64,000 nucleotides of DNA, from assembly GCA_038087875.1 (NCBI GenBank), contig JAXLNO010000357.1:62001-126000 (forward strand), given 5' to 3'. The notes beneath the pieces were generated by a model. It was not told the DNA's origin. It saw only the letters and a list, made by a program, of their open reading frames with translations, and ran no database searches. A program made the position numbers and the translations under genes. Each line of letters opens with the position of its first letter. The stretch's first letter is position 1. This DNA is from Malacoraja senta. Lineage: Eukaryota. This document shows, piece by piece, positions 1 to 12,410 of the stretch.

Positions 1-324
1 TTAATTGTCCCTGGCAAGCAGCAGCCGGCCTGGCTCACATGCCGTGGAGAGAGGACAGAGGACCTGGTTTGTTCGAGCCACCGACATTGACAGGACCTAC
101 GCCATAGAGAGCAAGTAGGGACCCGTGAGCAAATGCCAAGAGCATGAGGGGACTGTCATGGGCGAGGTGGACCTTCGAGTGAGAGGTGGACCGTGACCTT
201 TCCGAGTTGGAAAGGTGAAAGGAAGGGCTGGGGGGGGGGGGGGAAGAGAAATAAAGTAAGGGGGGTGTTTCTTGGGGGAGAAAGGGGAAGGGGAAGGAGG
301 CTGTTGTGGGTTACGATTGGGTTG

Positions 325-640
325 TGAGGCACCCAAGCGCAATAGGTGGTGTTGTTTCTCCAGTTTGCATGTGGCCTCACTCTGGCAATGGAGGAGGCCA
401 ATGATAAAGAGGGCAGCGTGGGAATGGGAAGGGGAGTTAAAATGGTAAGCAACTGCCGAGGGAGAGGGTGGGAAGAGCGAACCAAGGAGTTGTGGAGGGA
501 GCAGTCTTTGCGGAAGGCGGAAAGGGATGGAGAAAGATAGGACTAGTGGTGAGATTAGACTGGAGGTGACAGAAATGTCAGACGATGATATGTTGGATGT
601 GGAGACCGGTGAGGACTAGGTGAACTCTATCCTTGTTGCG
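325..640 (-). mobile_element. Degraded Penelope-like element fragment (RT thumb/linker plus GIY-YIG C-terminus, internally deleted)
   Basis: Minus strand gives VAYHFNSPSHSHAALFIIGLLHCQSEATCKLEKQH..LRLG and RNKDRVHLVL-like pieces, matching the Penelope ORF at 17515-17700 and 17970-18104. Confidence 0.75.
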
Positions 641-1159
641 CCCGAGTTATTATTTTGTTAAATATTGGTTGTCAGCGTGAGCTGTCAGTTGCAGAGTGAG
701 TGTACATAGATGGCCTCAGCAAAAATGTATCCACAAGTACCTCCAATGGCATGGAATTCTCCTTTGCCCTCATTGATTGCTATCAGTCTGACAAGGGATC
801 GCTGGTAACAGCATCAAGCTCACTGTGCAGCCATCCCCTTTAAAGTATTCGCAGAGAATAATCCAGGCAAGATAAAGCATTTTAAATACTTTATGGAGCA
901 GTAAATAATTATTTTACGGAGCACTGAATAAATATCAACTTCGATATTATTTATAATTGTACTCATTAAAAAAAAATCAAAACCAATTTTGAAACATCCA
1001 TATTGAGGAATTATGGTCACTAATATATAATTAGTATTTTGGGTATGAAGAATTGTTTCGTCATATTTAGATTAGTGCATGACTAAAAAATTCAATTGGC
1101 CTCAGTCATTAGAAATGTAAATCCTTTGTATGGTTGACAATCTAAAACTTTTACTTTGA

Positions 1160-1273
1160 GTCTGAAGAAGGGTTTCGGCCCGAAACGTTGCCTATTTCCT
1201 TCGCTCCATGCACCCGCTGAGTTTCTCCAGCATTTTTGTGTACCTTCGATTTTCCAGCATCTGCAGTTCCTTC
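1160..1273 (+). mobile_element. Penelope pLTR-derived short element with hammerhead-ribozyme motif
   Basis: CTGAAGA(1162-1168)-A-GGGT-TTCG-GCCC-GAAA-CGTT, then the family tail ...ccagcatctgcagttcc; imperfect TSD tctaaaacttttactttga (1141-1159) / tctaaaatttttacttga (1274-1291). Confidence 0.75.
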
Positions 1274-2314
1274 TCTAAAATTTTTACTTGATTGATCGCT
1301 TACAGGCACTGCCTGCCCTGCAGTATTTCCAGTTTCTGCCTTAATATAGGCTTTACAACACCTACAGTTTTAATGCTTTTTATTTTATACACTTGTTAGG
1401 GTATTTTACAATGACTGGTGTGTAAAAAAAAAGCAAGGCCTTCATTAATTCAACCACTGCTCCTTGATTAAGATAGTGAAAACTCTAAGCAGTACACCCT
1501 GTTGTGGAGGACTGAAGCAACAACTGCAACACTGCCTCATGAACTCCACAGCAACACTGAAGTTTCCGTTACTTTCCCAGTTTAGCCTTGCCATCATTAT
1601 AATTGCAAAATCTAATCCATTAAATTTTTACGTAGGACATTTTGTTTTTGTGAGCACCAATTCAGAAAATGCGTAATAGAGATATTATATCACTAATAGG
1701 ATTGCAAGTAAGCAATTCCTGTTTGCTGCAGCAATATAATTTGTGGGACCTAATTTTTTTTTACTATGATTATGGTGGATGTCCGGTGTAGCCAAAGGTA
1801 ATGGTCCTGCCTTGGAAAAAGGAATTAAGCTTAAGATTGCATTATGAACACAAAGGCAAAACCGAGATAGATGAACCCTCCTACAATTTCGTAGATTAAA
1901 TTGTAGGAGCCAATCTGAACCATGGTTAGCATTTCTCATATCATCTATCTAAACATGCTCTGCATTCTAACACCTCCCACCATCAACTACAAGGCTTACA
2001 TCCTCTGCCTACAGATGTTAATTTAAGTAGGTGTTTGTATCTATTCTTTTTATCATTTCCATCATCCACCTTCATCTGTACGTCCAACTCACCAAATATG
2101 GATTCTAGAGCCAATTGGCCCAGGAGAACAATGTGGGTGTACTCGAGATGGTTACACTTTGTAACATTGCAAATCTCCATGATAATACAAACACAAACTC
2201 AATAAACAAATGGTCTGAATGCAAGAACTTGAATTTAATATAAATAACACCTCAATTATATTGCTACGATATTGGGTACCATAATTTTGTTATCGAAACT
2301 GCCCAGTTTATACT

Positions 2315-2845
2315 TCAGGTGATGCTTTAGTCTCAACGGCATGACATTGAATTCTTTGATTTCATGTATTACCCCTCTTCCTCCCTCCCTTTCCTGTGAC
2401 TCGCATGTGCCTACCTCAATGCACATCCATTCTCCCAATATCTCCCAGCCCCACAGTCACTCTGCTCCTTTCCCCTCCTTCATACACTCATCTCCCATCA
2501 CCAAGTCCCTCATTTCCCTTTTACCCACCTTCTCTCCGCACTCTATGTCCCCTTCCATCTATATTCCCCCCTCTGGCTTTACATTTCACTCATCTTTTCT
2601 CCTTCTCTGACACTTTATTCTGTCACCTTTTTACCTCTAGCCTCTGTCACTTACTCCACACTTCTGCTAATCAAACCCCCTCACCTGTATCCACCTGTCA
2701 CTTCCCAGGTTTTGTCCTTCCCTCAACTTTCTTTTCCAGCTCTTTCCCCTGAATACAATCAGTCTGAAGTTCCAAAACATCACTTGCCCATTCCCTCCAC
2801 AAATACTGCCCGACCCACTCAATTCATCAAGCACTTTGTGTTATG
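2315..2845 (+). mobile_element. Old Penelope 3' end/pLTR remnant
   Basis: NGM..EF-like ORF end, long polypyrimidine 3' region, then tacaatcagtctgaag (degenerate hammerhead core) and the family tail. Confidence 0.55.
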
Positions 2846-3164
2846 CAATTCTAATTACTGAAACTATATTTAATCACTAGTTGTCATCTTTGTATTTAAA
2901 GGATTTTAAAATGATGTATTTTGTCCCCTCTTCGAGTCTGCTTGTGCTGAATAGAGACCTATTACATCTTTAGCTCTGGACTTTGAAAGGCCCGATTCTC
3001 TGCTGTACAAACTCTTTGGCTTTTTTTTTTATAGTCACAACATCCAGTCTGCTGAAGGGTATTTAACTGGAAATATTAACTCTTTCTCTTTAGAGAGATG
3101 CTGCCTGGTCTGCTGAATGTTCCCAGAATCGGTGTTTAATTTTGATTTTCCCCAAGTGCACTGT

Positions 3165-3650
3165 CTTAATCCAAAAGCACGTTTTCAGACAGCAAATGTT
3201 CCACAAACAACAAAGAAAATAATTGTTGAAAACAATCTATTTATAGGCATAAAATGTTGGCCAGGACACCAAAAAAATTCCCCATTGATTTTGCAGATGA
3301 TCCCATGGGATCTGGTCTTTTCCCCTCAGAGGGAAAAGACTCTGAACCCAACATCTCTTTTGAAGAACACGGGGATCAAATTTAATCTTCATCTTACATG
3401 CTAAAGATACATTGTAATCATTTGAACTTTGATTCCAAAGTCTGTGATTTCATTGACTGCAATAAAAATAAATTACAGAACTAGAATTCAATACACATAT
3501 ATCACTATATAACTACTTGGCATATTGATCAAAGAACCAATATCTGCTCTAGAAATGCAACATTATCTTGGCATTGCACTGAACTGTCAGCGCGGATCAT
3601 TTGTGTAATTACCTCAAGAGGTCTCTAAATGTGAACCTTATTAATTCCCA
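3165..3650 (-). mobile_element. Ancient Deu-domain (SacSINE1-like) SINE relic
   Basis: Minus strand contains agatcccatgg...ggtgtcctggccaacattt...tgtttgtgga and gctgacagttcagtgca, recalled as Deu/SacSINE core motifs. Confidence 0.45.
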
Positions 3651-3736
3651 TAACTGCAGTTTGGCAGTCAGGTATCCAAGCCAAGTAACTATCATTGATC
3701 AGCTCGCTTAGTATTTAAAATAAGTTCCTATGAAAC

Positions 3737-3827
3737 AAGTCAAGTCAAGTCAAGTCAAGTCAAGTGAGTTTATTGTCATGTGTCCCTGATAGGACAATGA
3801 AATTCTTGCTTTGCTTCAGCACAACAG
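3737..3827 (-). mobile_element. 3' tail of the outer Rex1/Babar LINE, ending in a (CTTGA)n microsatellite
   Basis: Reverse complement of 8948-9025 (tctgttgtgctgaagc...tgacaataaactcacttgacttga); about six CAAGT units. Confidence 0.85.
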
Positions 3828-4173
3828 AATAGTAAGATTAAACGAGAACTTACCTAAGTTTGAAGTTTGATCTTTATTTTATGAGGAGTTACGTAGGTGA
3901 TTACGTGAAGAACCCCGCCAGTGCGCCTGCGCGTCAATCTTCAAAGCAGCGGTGTGAAATCACAAAAAACAACAACCGAAGTAATATAGTCTCATAATAA
4001 AACGAGTAATACAAGAACTTCCATCTGACCTTTATGATGGAGGGTAGGGTCGTGGTGGGCACGTAATCACCTACGTAACTCCTCATAAAATAAAGATCAA
4101 ACTTCAAACTTAGGTAAGTTCTCGTTTAATCTTACTATTTTACTTCGGAGTCACGTGAGTGACTACGTGAAGA
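3828..4173. repeat. DIRS right terminal repeat and internal complementary region (ICR)
   Basis: 3828-3907 is the exact reverse complement of 4060-4139 (80 bp); 4140-4173 is the ICR part expected to match the missing left terminus. Confidence 0.9.
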
Positions 4174-4379
4174 TTTTAAAGCTTTGTGATTTCATGCCGT
4201 GGTTCAATCCCGGCTTCTCACTGCATAGATTGACTCGGAACGAGAATAATCAATCATGCATTCATAATAACATTTGTACCACAAATGCAGTAATTCTTTT
4301 CAATAATGAAATGAATCAGATCCCCTTTAAACCAGAGGAATTTACACAGAACTTAAAATAGTTTCTGCAAACAATCCCA

Positions 4380-5290
4380 CATTAACAATAGGCCGATGGT
4401 AAAAATGTTGAAACATCAACTCATTGGACCACCATTGGCTGCGAGGATATGATCGACGGGGACGTCTTTTGCCCTGTCCGCCGACGTTTCTGCTGCCCTA
4501 GGCGAGTAGGACGTAAAAACATAAGTGTTAATACCAGCAGCTGTTAAGACTTCTTTCATCCATCTGGAAATAGTCTGTATTGAAACTCTCTTGTGTGGTT
4601 TCTTGTGTGTGATCAACAACCCAGTTTCCGTATTTCTCAAATTCTTTGTGACCTCAATGTATTGTAACAAATATGTCTTAATACAGAGACAAGGATCATT
4701 TAGATATACTGCTAGTATAATTTTAAATCCTGTCACGCCTGGCCTAATTTGCTTTAGTAGGTCATAGATATAGAATGTAACCTTATCTTCAGTTACTTCC
4801 ATACTGTCTATTTGTAATTTTCCAAGTGTTTGCACTCGTTGTGCTGTCACTCATGCCATAAGCATTAATACTTTCATACTGAGCTTAGCCAAAGGTAAAG
4901 ACACACTTGATGACCATTCACGAAGTAGTTTCAGTACCGCACTTACATCCCAGATTGTCTCGTACCTAGGTTTCGGTGGTTTGGAATTAAAGATTCCTTT
5001 CATTAGTCTGGAAACAATTGGGTGTGACCCAATTGAGTTTCTTTCTGAATCCAGAACCAAATATGAGGACAATGCACTTCTGGCTGAAATAATTGCACTA
5101 CAACTCAGACCTTCATCATAATAAAGTTTTGACAGAAATTCTAAACATTTGAAATATCTGCAGTACTTTATTGCACATTCTTTTGTACACAGAACTCTTC
5201 CCATTTCTTAATATAAGAAAGGTACTGTTTTTGAGTGCTCTTCCTCCAGGCTGCCGTAAGCATGTCCACAGTATGCTCAGACAGTCCTCG
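4380..5290 (-). pseudogene. DIRS tyrosine recombinase (stops and frameshifts)
   Basis: SARSALS..HPIVSRLMKGIFNSKPPKPRYETIWDV; TAQRVQTL (catalytic R); YSPRAA in place of HSxR; FQHFYHRP (catalytic Y). Confidence 0.88.
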
Positions 5291-5321
5291 TCCCAGAAAA
5301 GGCATTCTTAAAACCTGCAAA

Positions 5322-7100
5322 TCAACAAATCCAAACGATCATATAATGGATGTTGTTCCCCTGTACAGGGTGCAGCAATAAATTATTCTTTTTTGGGACT
5401 TTCATCAACATTTGTGTTGTTAATTCTAATATCAACGGATACCATGGCTGTGTAGGCCAATCTGGTACTACCAATACCCTTGAAGCAGCATCTTGCCTGA
5501 TTTTAAGCAAACATTGGCTTATGAGGCAGAAAGGTGGAAATATATATGAAAACATACCACCCCAATGTAGCGAGAAAGCATCAATCGCCACTGCTCCTGG
5601 ATCTGGTTTCCATGAGACATATCTTGATAGCTGATGATTCAAGTCGATGTCAGTCATTCCAAATCTGATTACTATATCATTGATTACCTCTTGATTCAAC
5701 ATCCATTCTTTATTAACATGGAATTTTTCATGACCTGGTGTCTGCTATCGTGTTCATTCTACCTGGTAGATAGATAGCTGAAATCCAAATGTTCTTTTCA
5801 ATACACCAAGACCAAAGTTGATTTAACCATTTTGTCACATGACACCGACTTAATTCCACCCATATCATTAATATAGGCAACTACTGTTGTGTTTATTAAT
5901 TTGAACTTGAACCTTCCTTTTAGTTGTGTTAGAACCATAAGCTTGGAGTCCATAGAAACCTCCTAAAAGCTCCAAATAGGTAATTCCCCATGTCTGCAGT
6001 AACACTAACTTTTCCTGATTCCATCTGCCTCCGCAGCTCCATGTTAAGTCAGTTGCACCCCATCCTAGTGCACTGGCATCAGTTTGTAATATCATGGAAT
6101 GTTGTTCAATCAGCACTTTGCCTGAACTGCTTGAGACATGTAGAATCCACCACTGCAGCTTAGAAACAGCATTTGTTGTTACTTGCATGGTTCTATCAAA
6201 ATGACCAGGATTTACTCTCAGTGCCTGTTCTTTGATTCTCTGCAGCTGTTGATAATGTAATGGTCCATCCTGGACTGCTGGGAATCTACTAATTTTCCCA
6301 GTACTCGAGCCACCTGTCTGATTAGAGGTTTTTGCTCATTTAACAGATTACTGCAATCTTTAATCAACTCCACCCTTTTTTCACTGGGCAAAGTAATTTG
6401 CATTTGGGCTAAATCAATTGTGAACCCCAAATAATCAATCGAGGTACATGTTTTTAACCCTGATTTCTTTGGATGAATTTAGAAACCCCCAAACTTTCAA
6501 AAGTTTGATTTTATTACTGCAACCGATGCTTCTGTTGACTGTTTTGTCCTTCCTATAATCAGGACATCATCCAGGTATGCCATTAGTACATGCTCCTGGC
6601 TCTCAGCAACCCCAGAATTGATTTGAACTATTTTATGAATATTCTGGGAGGGAACGTTAACCCATTAGGCAGAGCTTTGAACTGCCCTAATTGGTTCATC
6701 CATGTAAATTTAAGATACTTCATATCTTGCAAGTGAACAGACACTGAACAAAAGGATTCAGACTTGTCAAGTCTATAATAATCCTACATCCTCCATCCTT
6801 TTTTGATCGAGGGAATATATTTGAACCCAAATTGGTGAATTTGGTAGACTGATTCTTCAATAACACCTTTTATATATAGGGTTTTGAAGTGCAACTTGAA
6901 CCTCCATTACTTCGTAAAGTGGAGAGTTCTGCTAGGAACATGCTGGACAGGCAAATCATAATTTGGATTGAATTCAATTCGAAATCCTTGTATATTATTC
7001 AGAATTACCACATCTGAAGTAATCTTCTTCCAATGTTTATAGAAGAGAAGTAATCTGCCTCCAACTTTTGGACTTAATCCAGTTAGTATGTTCCCCTGAG
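5322..7100 (-). pseudogene. DIRS RT / RNase H / methyltransferase-like ORF (fragmented)
   Basis: ORFs 5322-5702, 5868-6188, 6218-6430 and the end of 6907-7479 carry the motifs; YLDD at ~6568-6579. Confidence 0.88.
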
Positions 7101-8453
7101 AACCAGGTCCACCTACCTCTTGAGTCATTTGAGTATTCTGAGATCCCTGGATTCTCCCGGAAGCACCACCACTGGTCCTTACTCCCGCTGCAGGCCGCCA
7201 GCTATGTCCCTGCATTGATGAGCGACTTGGTCCTGGTCTAGGATCCGTATGACGTCTGAAAGGATACTTCCTCTTTACAGACTTTGCAACCATTGATGTT
7301 TTTATCAATCCTGTTTTTGCTTCATCTTCCAACTCTTTAATATGTCTCCCGAGATCCTCTCCAAAGAGTAAGTTGGGTAATTGTATATTACTTGGTTTGC
7401 AGAGTGCTGCGAATTTCGGATTCATAGTAGGCCGTATAGCACTTTCCTCAGATAATTGATCTCGAAGTGGGTGTTGCATAGCAACCCCAGTGCTTCCTGA
7501 TGCAACTTCGTCATCTCTTGCCTATTACCTGCTATTCTGGTAAAAGCAGTTATTCCAGAACCCAGCAGCTTTAATATTCTCTGCAACTGATTCCAGATAA
7601 TTTGGTTCACTGCTGCTGCTTTCAGCAACCCACAGTTACTTGGGGTCTCCTGCTTTCTTGCAGTCTCATCCATCTCCTGCTGTTCCAGCTGATGGTAAAC
7701 CAAGTAATTTATTAAGGAGGCCAGTTCTTCTCCTAATGGCTCTCCTGACCCTGACGGGGCAGCGAATCCTACTGCCAGGGGTGGAACATCTGGCAGCTGC
7801 CGTTCATCGCCTTGTACAGCCTTACCGTCAGAGTCGGGGTCTGAAATCACATGACCCGTAGCACGCTCCTCATTCCTGAGGGTGCATTCCATCAGCCCTG
7901 AGCCAGGTGCTGTTAAGCTGCTTCCTGCAGCTTGGATTACAGTACACTCCTTCCTGAGTGAACTTTGCTCCAACAGCCTATGGAAAAGGCTTTCTATTTG
8001 GGCAATACGCTCGAAAGCAGTATCTAGCCCTGTACCAGGAGCTGTTTGAGCTGCTTCCAGCAGCTTGGCTTTCAGTACACTCCTCCCTGAGTGAACTTTG
8101 CTCCAACAGCCTATGTAAAAGGCTTTCTATTTGGGCAATACGCTCGAAAGCAGTATCTAGCCCTGGAGCTACTTCCATTGCCTGGGACTCCCTCCGTGGG
8201 CCGTTGGGATTTAAACTTTGTCTTTTGCCCGACAGGCGCTGACTGTGTTTTCACCAGCCCCAGGTCCACAGTTTCTATGCTCACCGCTGGCGACTGTACC
8301 GGGGTTTAGAGGCGGTTGGTCTCTAACCACAGACTCCCGACTTTCCCGACTTCTGTCGGCTGTGTCGCTCGCCTCTTCCCCCTGTCTGGTTTTTTCCATG
8401 GCGTCTGTGGAAAAAATCCCCATAGACCCACAGTAAACGGACCTGGAAAACAT
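7100..8453 (-). pseudogene. DIRS ORF1 (gag-like)
   Basis: ETPSNCGLL..VNQIIW, IRPTMNPKFAALC..LLFGEDL are typical DIRS ORF1 segments; located upstream of RT. Confidence 0.7.
7894..8165. repeat. Tandem duplication, 132-133 bp x2, inside DIRS ORF1
   Basis: agccctg recurs at 7894, 8026 and 8159; gtacactcc...tatctagccc is near-identical in the two units. Confidence 0.9.
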
Positions 8454-8533
8454 GAAAAAAGTTTCTACTTACCTTGTAGTTGAAAAACTACAAACCACTG
8501 TAGGATACTGCCAGCCTTTTTGAGGCAGCGACT

Positions 8534-9025
8534 GTGATGCTGACCGGTTCCATCGTGGCTTGGTTCGGCAACTTGAGCACCCTGGAGAGGAAAAGACTAC
8601 AAAAAGTAGTAAACACTGCCCAGTCCATCATCGGCTCTGACCTCCCTTCCATCGAGGGGATCTATCACAGTCGGTGCCTCAAAAGGCTGGCAGTATCATC
8701 AAGGACCCACACCATCCTGGCCACACACTCATCTCCCTACTACCTTCAGGTAGAAGGTACAGGAGCCTGAAGACTACAATGACCAGGTTCAGGAATAGCT
8801 ACTTCCCCACAGCCATCAGGCTATTAAACCTGGACAAAACACTGAATTTTATTAGCCAACTAACTGTTATTTGCACTTTATCAGTATATTGATTCATGTG
8901 TGTATATATATATTTATAGAATGCCTTGTAGTCAATGCCTACTATGTTCTGTTGTGCTGAAGCAAAGCAAGAATTTCATTGTCCTATCAGGGACACATGA
9001 CAATAAACTCACTTGACTTGACTTG
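8534..9025 (+). mobile_element. 5'-truncated Rex1/Babar LINE inserted in opposite orientation into a copy of the same family
   Basis: Encodes the ORF C-terminus (AWFGNLS..RLQKVVNTAQSII..DPHHPGHTLISLLPSGRRYRS..RFRNSYFPTAIRLLN), 3' UTR and (CTTGA)n tail. Confidence 0.88.
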
Positions 9026-10660
9026 ATAGATCCCCTCGATGGAAGGGAGGTCAGAGCCGATGATGGACTGGGCAGTGTTTACTACTTTTTGTAATCTGTT
9101 CCTCTCCAGGGCGCTCAAGTTGCCGAACCAAGCCATGATGCAACCGGTCAGCATGCTCTCTACTGTGCACCTGTAGAAGTTAGAGAGAGTCCTCCTTGAC
9201 AAACCGACTCTCCGTAATCTTCTCAGGAAGTAGAGGCGCTGATGTGCTTTCCTAATAATGGCATCAGTGTTCTCGGACCAGGAAAGATCTTCAGAGATGT
9301 GCACGCCCAGAAATTTGAAGCTCTTGACCCTTTCAACCATCGACCCATTGATATAAACGGGACTGTGGGTCCCCATCCTACTCCTTCCAAAGTCCACAAT
9401 CAGTTCCTTGGTTTTGCTGGTGTTGAGGGCCAGGTTATTGTGCTGGCACCATATGGACAGCTGCTCGATCTCTCTTCTATACTCTGACATCTCCATCAGT
9501 GATACGTCCCACAACAGTGGCGTCGTCAGCGAAATTGATGATGGAGTTTGCACTATGTCCGGCTACGCAGTCATGAGTATAGAGTGAGTACAGCAGGGAG
9601 CTGAGCACGCAGCCTTGAGGTGCTCCCGTGCTGATTGTTATCAAGTCTGACACATTTCCACCAATACGAACAGACTGTTGTCTGAGAGTGAGGAAGTCGA
9701 GGATCCAATTGCAGAGGGATGCGCAGAGACCCAGTTCTGCGAGTTTGGTAACCAGCTTGGAGGGGATGATTGTATTAAATGCCGAGCTGTAATCGATGAA
9801 TAACAGCCTGACATATGAGTTTTTGTTGTCCAAGTGGTCCAGAGTGGAGTGAAGGGCCAGCGAGATTGCATCCACCATTGATCTGTTGTGGCGGTAAGCG
9901 AACTGCAGTGGGTCCAGGTTTTTGTGGAGGTAGGAGTGGATCTGCGTCATGATCAACCTCTCAAAGCACTTCATCACCACCGGCGTTAGTGCCACAGGTC
10001 GATAGTCATTGAGGCACATCACCTTACTCTTCTTGGGCACTGGTATAATTGATGCCCTTTTGAAGCAGGTGGGAACCTCAGACCTCAGAAGTGAGAGGTT
10101 GAAAATGTCCGTAAAAACTCCAGCCAGTTGGTCCGCACAGGTTTTTAGAACACGACCAGGTATACCATCAGGTCCAGGCGCTTTTCGAGGGTTCACCCCT
10201 CTGAAGGATTTCCTGACGTCGGCCTCTGTGGCTGAGACTGAAATACCATCACAGCGAATGGGGGCTCGGGAAGGCACATCGGTGTTCTCCCTATGAAAGC
10301 GTGCGTAAAACGCATTGAGCTTATCAGGGAGTGATGTTTCGCCGACATTTGAGCTGCCTCCTGATTTCGACTTGTAGGAGGTGATTGCATTCAGGCCCTG
10401 CCACAGCCGCCGAACATCTGTCTCTTCCTCCAGTTTGGAGCAGAAGTCCCTTTTGGCCTTTTTGATGGCCTTACCAAGGTCGTATCTGGACTTCTTGTAG
10501 GCCACTGACATGAATGCCCGGTGTCTGGACTTCAGAAGAGTGCGGATCTCAATGTTCATCCAAGGTTTCTGATTGGGAAATGCTCGGAAGGTTTTGGTGG
10601 GGATGCAGTCCTCCACACACTTCTTAATGAAGTCTGTAACGACTGTGGCGTATTCATTCA
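9026..10660 (-). mobile_element. Rex1/Babar LINE, RT region (5'-truncated, frameshift near 9480)
   Basis: PNQKPW, KAPGPDGIPGRVLK, NDYRPVALT, LDPLQFAYR, FIDYSSAFNTI, GAPQGCVLS, FADD; continues at 8503-8536 and 3737-3827; candidate TSD gaaac at 3732-3736 and 10661-10665. Confidence 0.92.
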
Positions 10661-11474
10661 GAAACCATGAGGGAGTGCGATTTAATCTTGGTTGGCTGTG
10701 TTGTATGATGTTTTCGTATCAGTCACCATTTCCAACGCCAGCCCAGTATTTATTTCCATTGCTTTCAATAGAGCTAAAAATCAAATGGTGTAGATAAAAC
10801 AGGTGGCAGATAACCTTTCCTTCCATCTTCTCTGCAATTCTCTGCTCCAGAGAGTTGTGAGCCCCAGCTCATTAGAGGTATTTAAACGCGAGTTTTGAAA
10901 TTTTTTTGAAAGATCAGATGATTGAGATGTATGTGTACTGGCATAGAGGAAGAATATATCAGCCATTATTATATTGAATGGCAGATCAGGTAGTTTATTC
11001 CTGTCCTTATTTTATTGGGCTATTGTACCTTCATGTACGTCAGTGTCCAACATGGACATTGATGATAGTTCAAGATTTACAATGGCAAGGAAGTCGTCTG
11101 AAATTCCAATTAAATAAAATTGCTCTATTTTACAACTCCTTCACCTAAACCAGATTTGAAATTATATTTTTGCCAACATTACATAATACTAAGCTTACAC
11201 TCAGGAGAAAATTAAACAGAACAAATCAGAAAAGAAGAAATGGTGAATAGAAAGGATCTTTATTATTTAGTTGAGAAATCTAATGAGACAGATGTAGTTT
11301 TAGGATAACTACTAAGGGATTAAAAGGGAATTGAGAGTTGTGGGATGTGAAAATACGTGCTCGGTGAGTAGGAAGCCTCATATTTTAATACCCGCACATA
11401 TTAAAACAGCAATAATCAGTAGAGTTATGGATCACAGTGCAATTAATCTAAAGTTCGCTTTTGGCCAGTAAAGG

Positions 11475-12252
11475 TGATAATTGCTCGTTTCTAAGCTCCC
11501 CCCCCCCCCCCAGTCTAGTTTCAGTAATAACACTGAATCAAGCACTTGAAACAACTAAATTTTATTTTACCAAAAGCGTGTCACAGATCACCCACTGTAC
11601 CTATCCCACCGCGGGTTTGATCCTAGCGTCTGCCTGTTCAAGCCCTCTAGGCCTCGCTCAGACAGAGGCACTCCAGAAGGTTACGCGGTCCTGAGCGCTC
11701 TCCCAGAAGATCGACACCGAGCCTCGTGATCACGGACTTTTATTTGTCCCGGGACCTCGAGGGGCCGAGCCACATGGGGGTGGTCTCTTAATCACCCAAT
11801 TACAGATATCGATTAGCCCCATACATAACAGGCATTTCCCTAACCCAATGATACAACAGTTCAATACATTGTATTCACAACAGACTTCGAGAGGAAGTCA
11901 ACTTGGAAACATTTACTCTGATTAACAGAAAACTCAGACAAGGCTCAACACCTCATCCAATCAACACTTAGCAAAGTCAGACTCTGCAACACTATTTACA
12001 ACTATTTTCAAGGTGTATGTCTGGTTTGCAGCCATTCAATCCATTCTATGCTTTTTGCACCAGATTGACAGGGTTTGCAGATCTTCCCATTCTTTGCTTG
12101 CAAATTGTAGCTAAGCTCGAGACACTCTGGCACCTCTCGCAGCCTGTCCCAACTGTGCAGAGAGTAATTCCAATTTGACCAAATCTCCCAGCAACCCTGA
12201 AACTTAACCCCATTTTGAAGTCCTAGCTGGTCCAATTTAGCCAGGATTAACA
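11475..12252 (-). mobile_element. Solo LTR (ERV/LTR retrotransposon)
   Basis: Minus strand runs TGTTAATCC...ATTATCA, with TATA-like and AATAAA signals; flanks aagg/aaga; collinear homology with 37598-38361. Confidence 0.75.
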
Positions 12253-12259
12253 AAGAAAT

Positions 12260-12410
12260 CATGTGTAGGAAGGAACTGTAGATGCTGGTTTACACCAAAG
12301 ATAGACACAAAATGCTGAAGTAACTCAGCGGAACAGGAAGCATCTCTGTTTAGAAGGAATCAATGGCATTATGGATCTGAAACATTACCCATTCCTTCTA
12401 TCAAGAAATG
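12260..12410. mobile_element. Penelope-terminus palindromic element (degenerate)
   Basis: gtaggaaggaactgtagatgctgg...taactcagc arm followed by a short inverted arm. Confidence 0.65.

Larger units (their letters stand above)
3828..8500 (-). mobile_element. DIRS1-like tyrosine-recombinase retrotransposon, defective, left terminus missing
   Basis: gag-like ORF; RT (GGRLLLFYKHW..., AYLDDVL at ~6560-6582); RNase H (LQTDASALGWG, ITYLELL); methyltransferase-like domain (DAFSLHW..SYIFPPF..VVPDWPTQPWYP); YR; 3' terminal repeat plus ICR. Confidence 0.93.

Noticed and set aside
2341..2752. Ser/Pro-rich ORFs
   Set aside because: They translate the polypyrimidine 3' region of a Penelope relic.
5322..5702. 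Stand-alone DNA adenine methyltransferase or phage integrase, suggesting a bacterial or phage insert
   Set aside because: The MT-like and YR domains are normal parts of DIRS1-like elements and lie in the canonical order after RT/RNase H.
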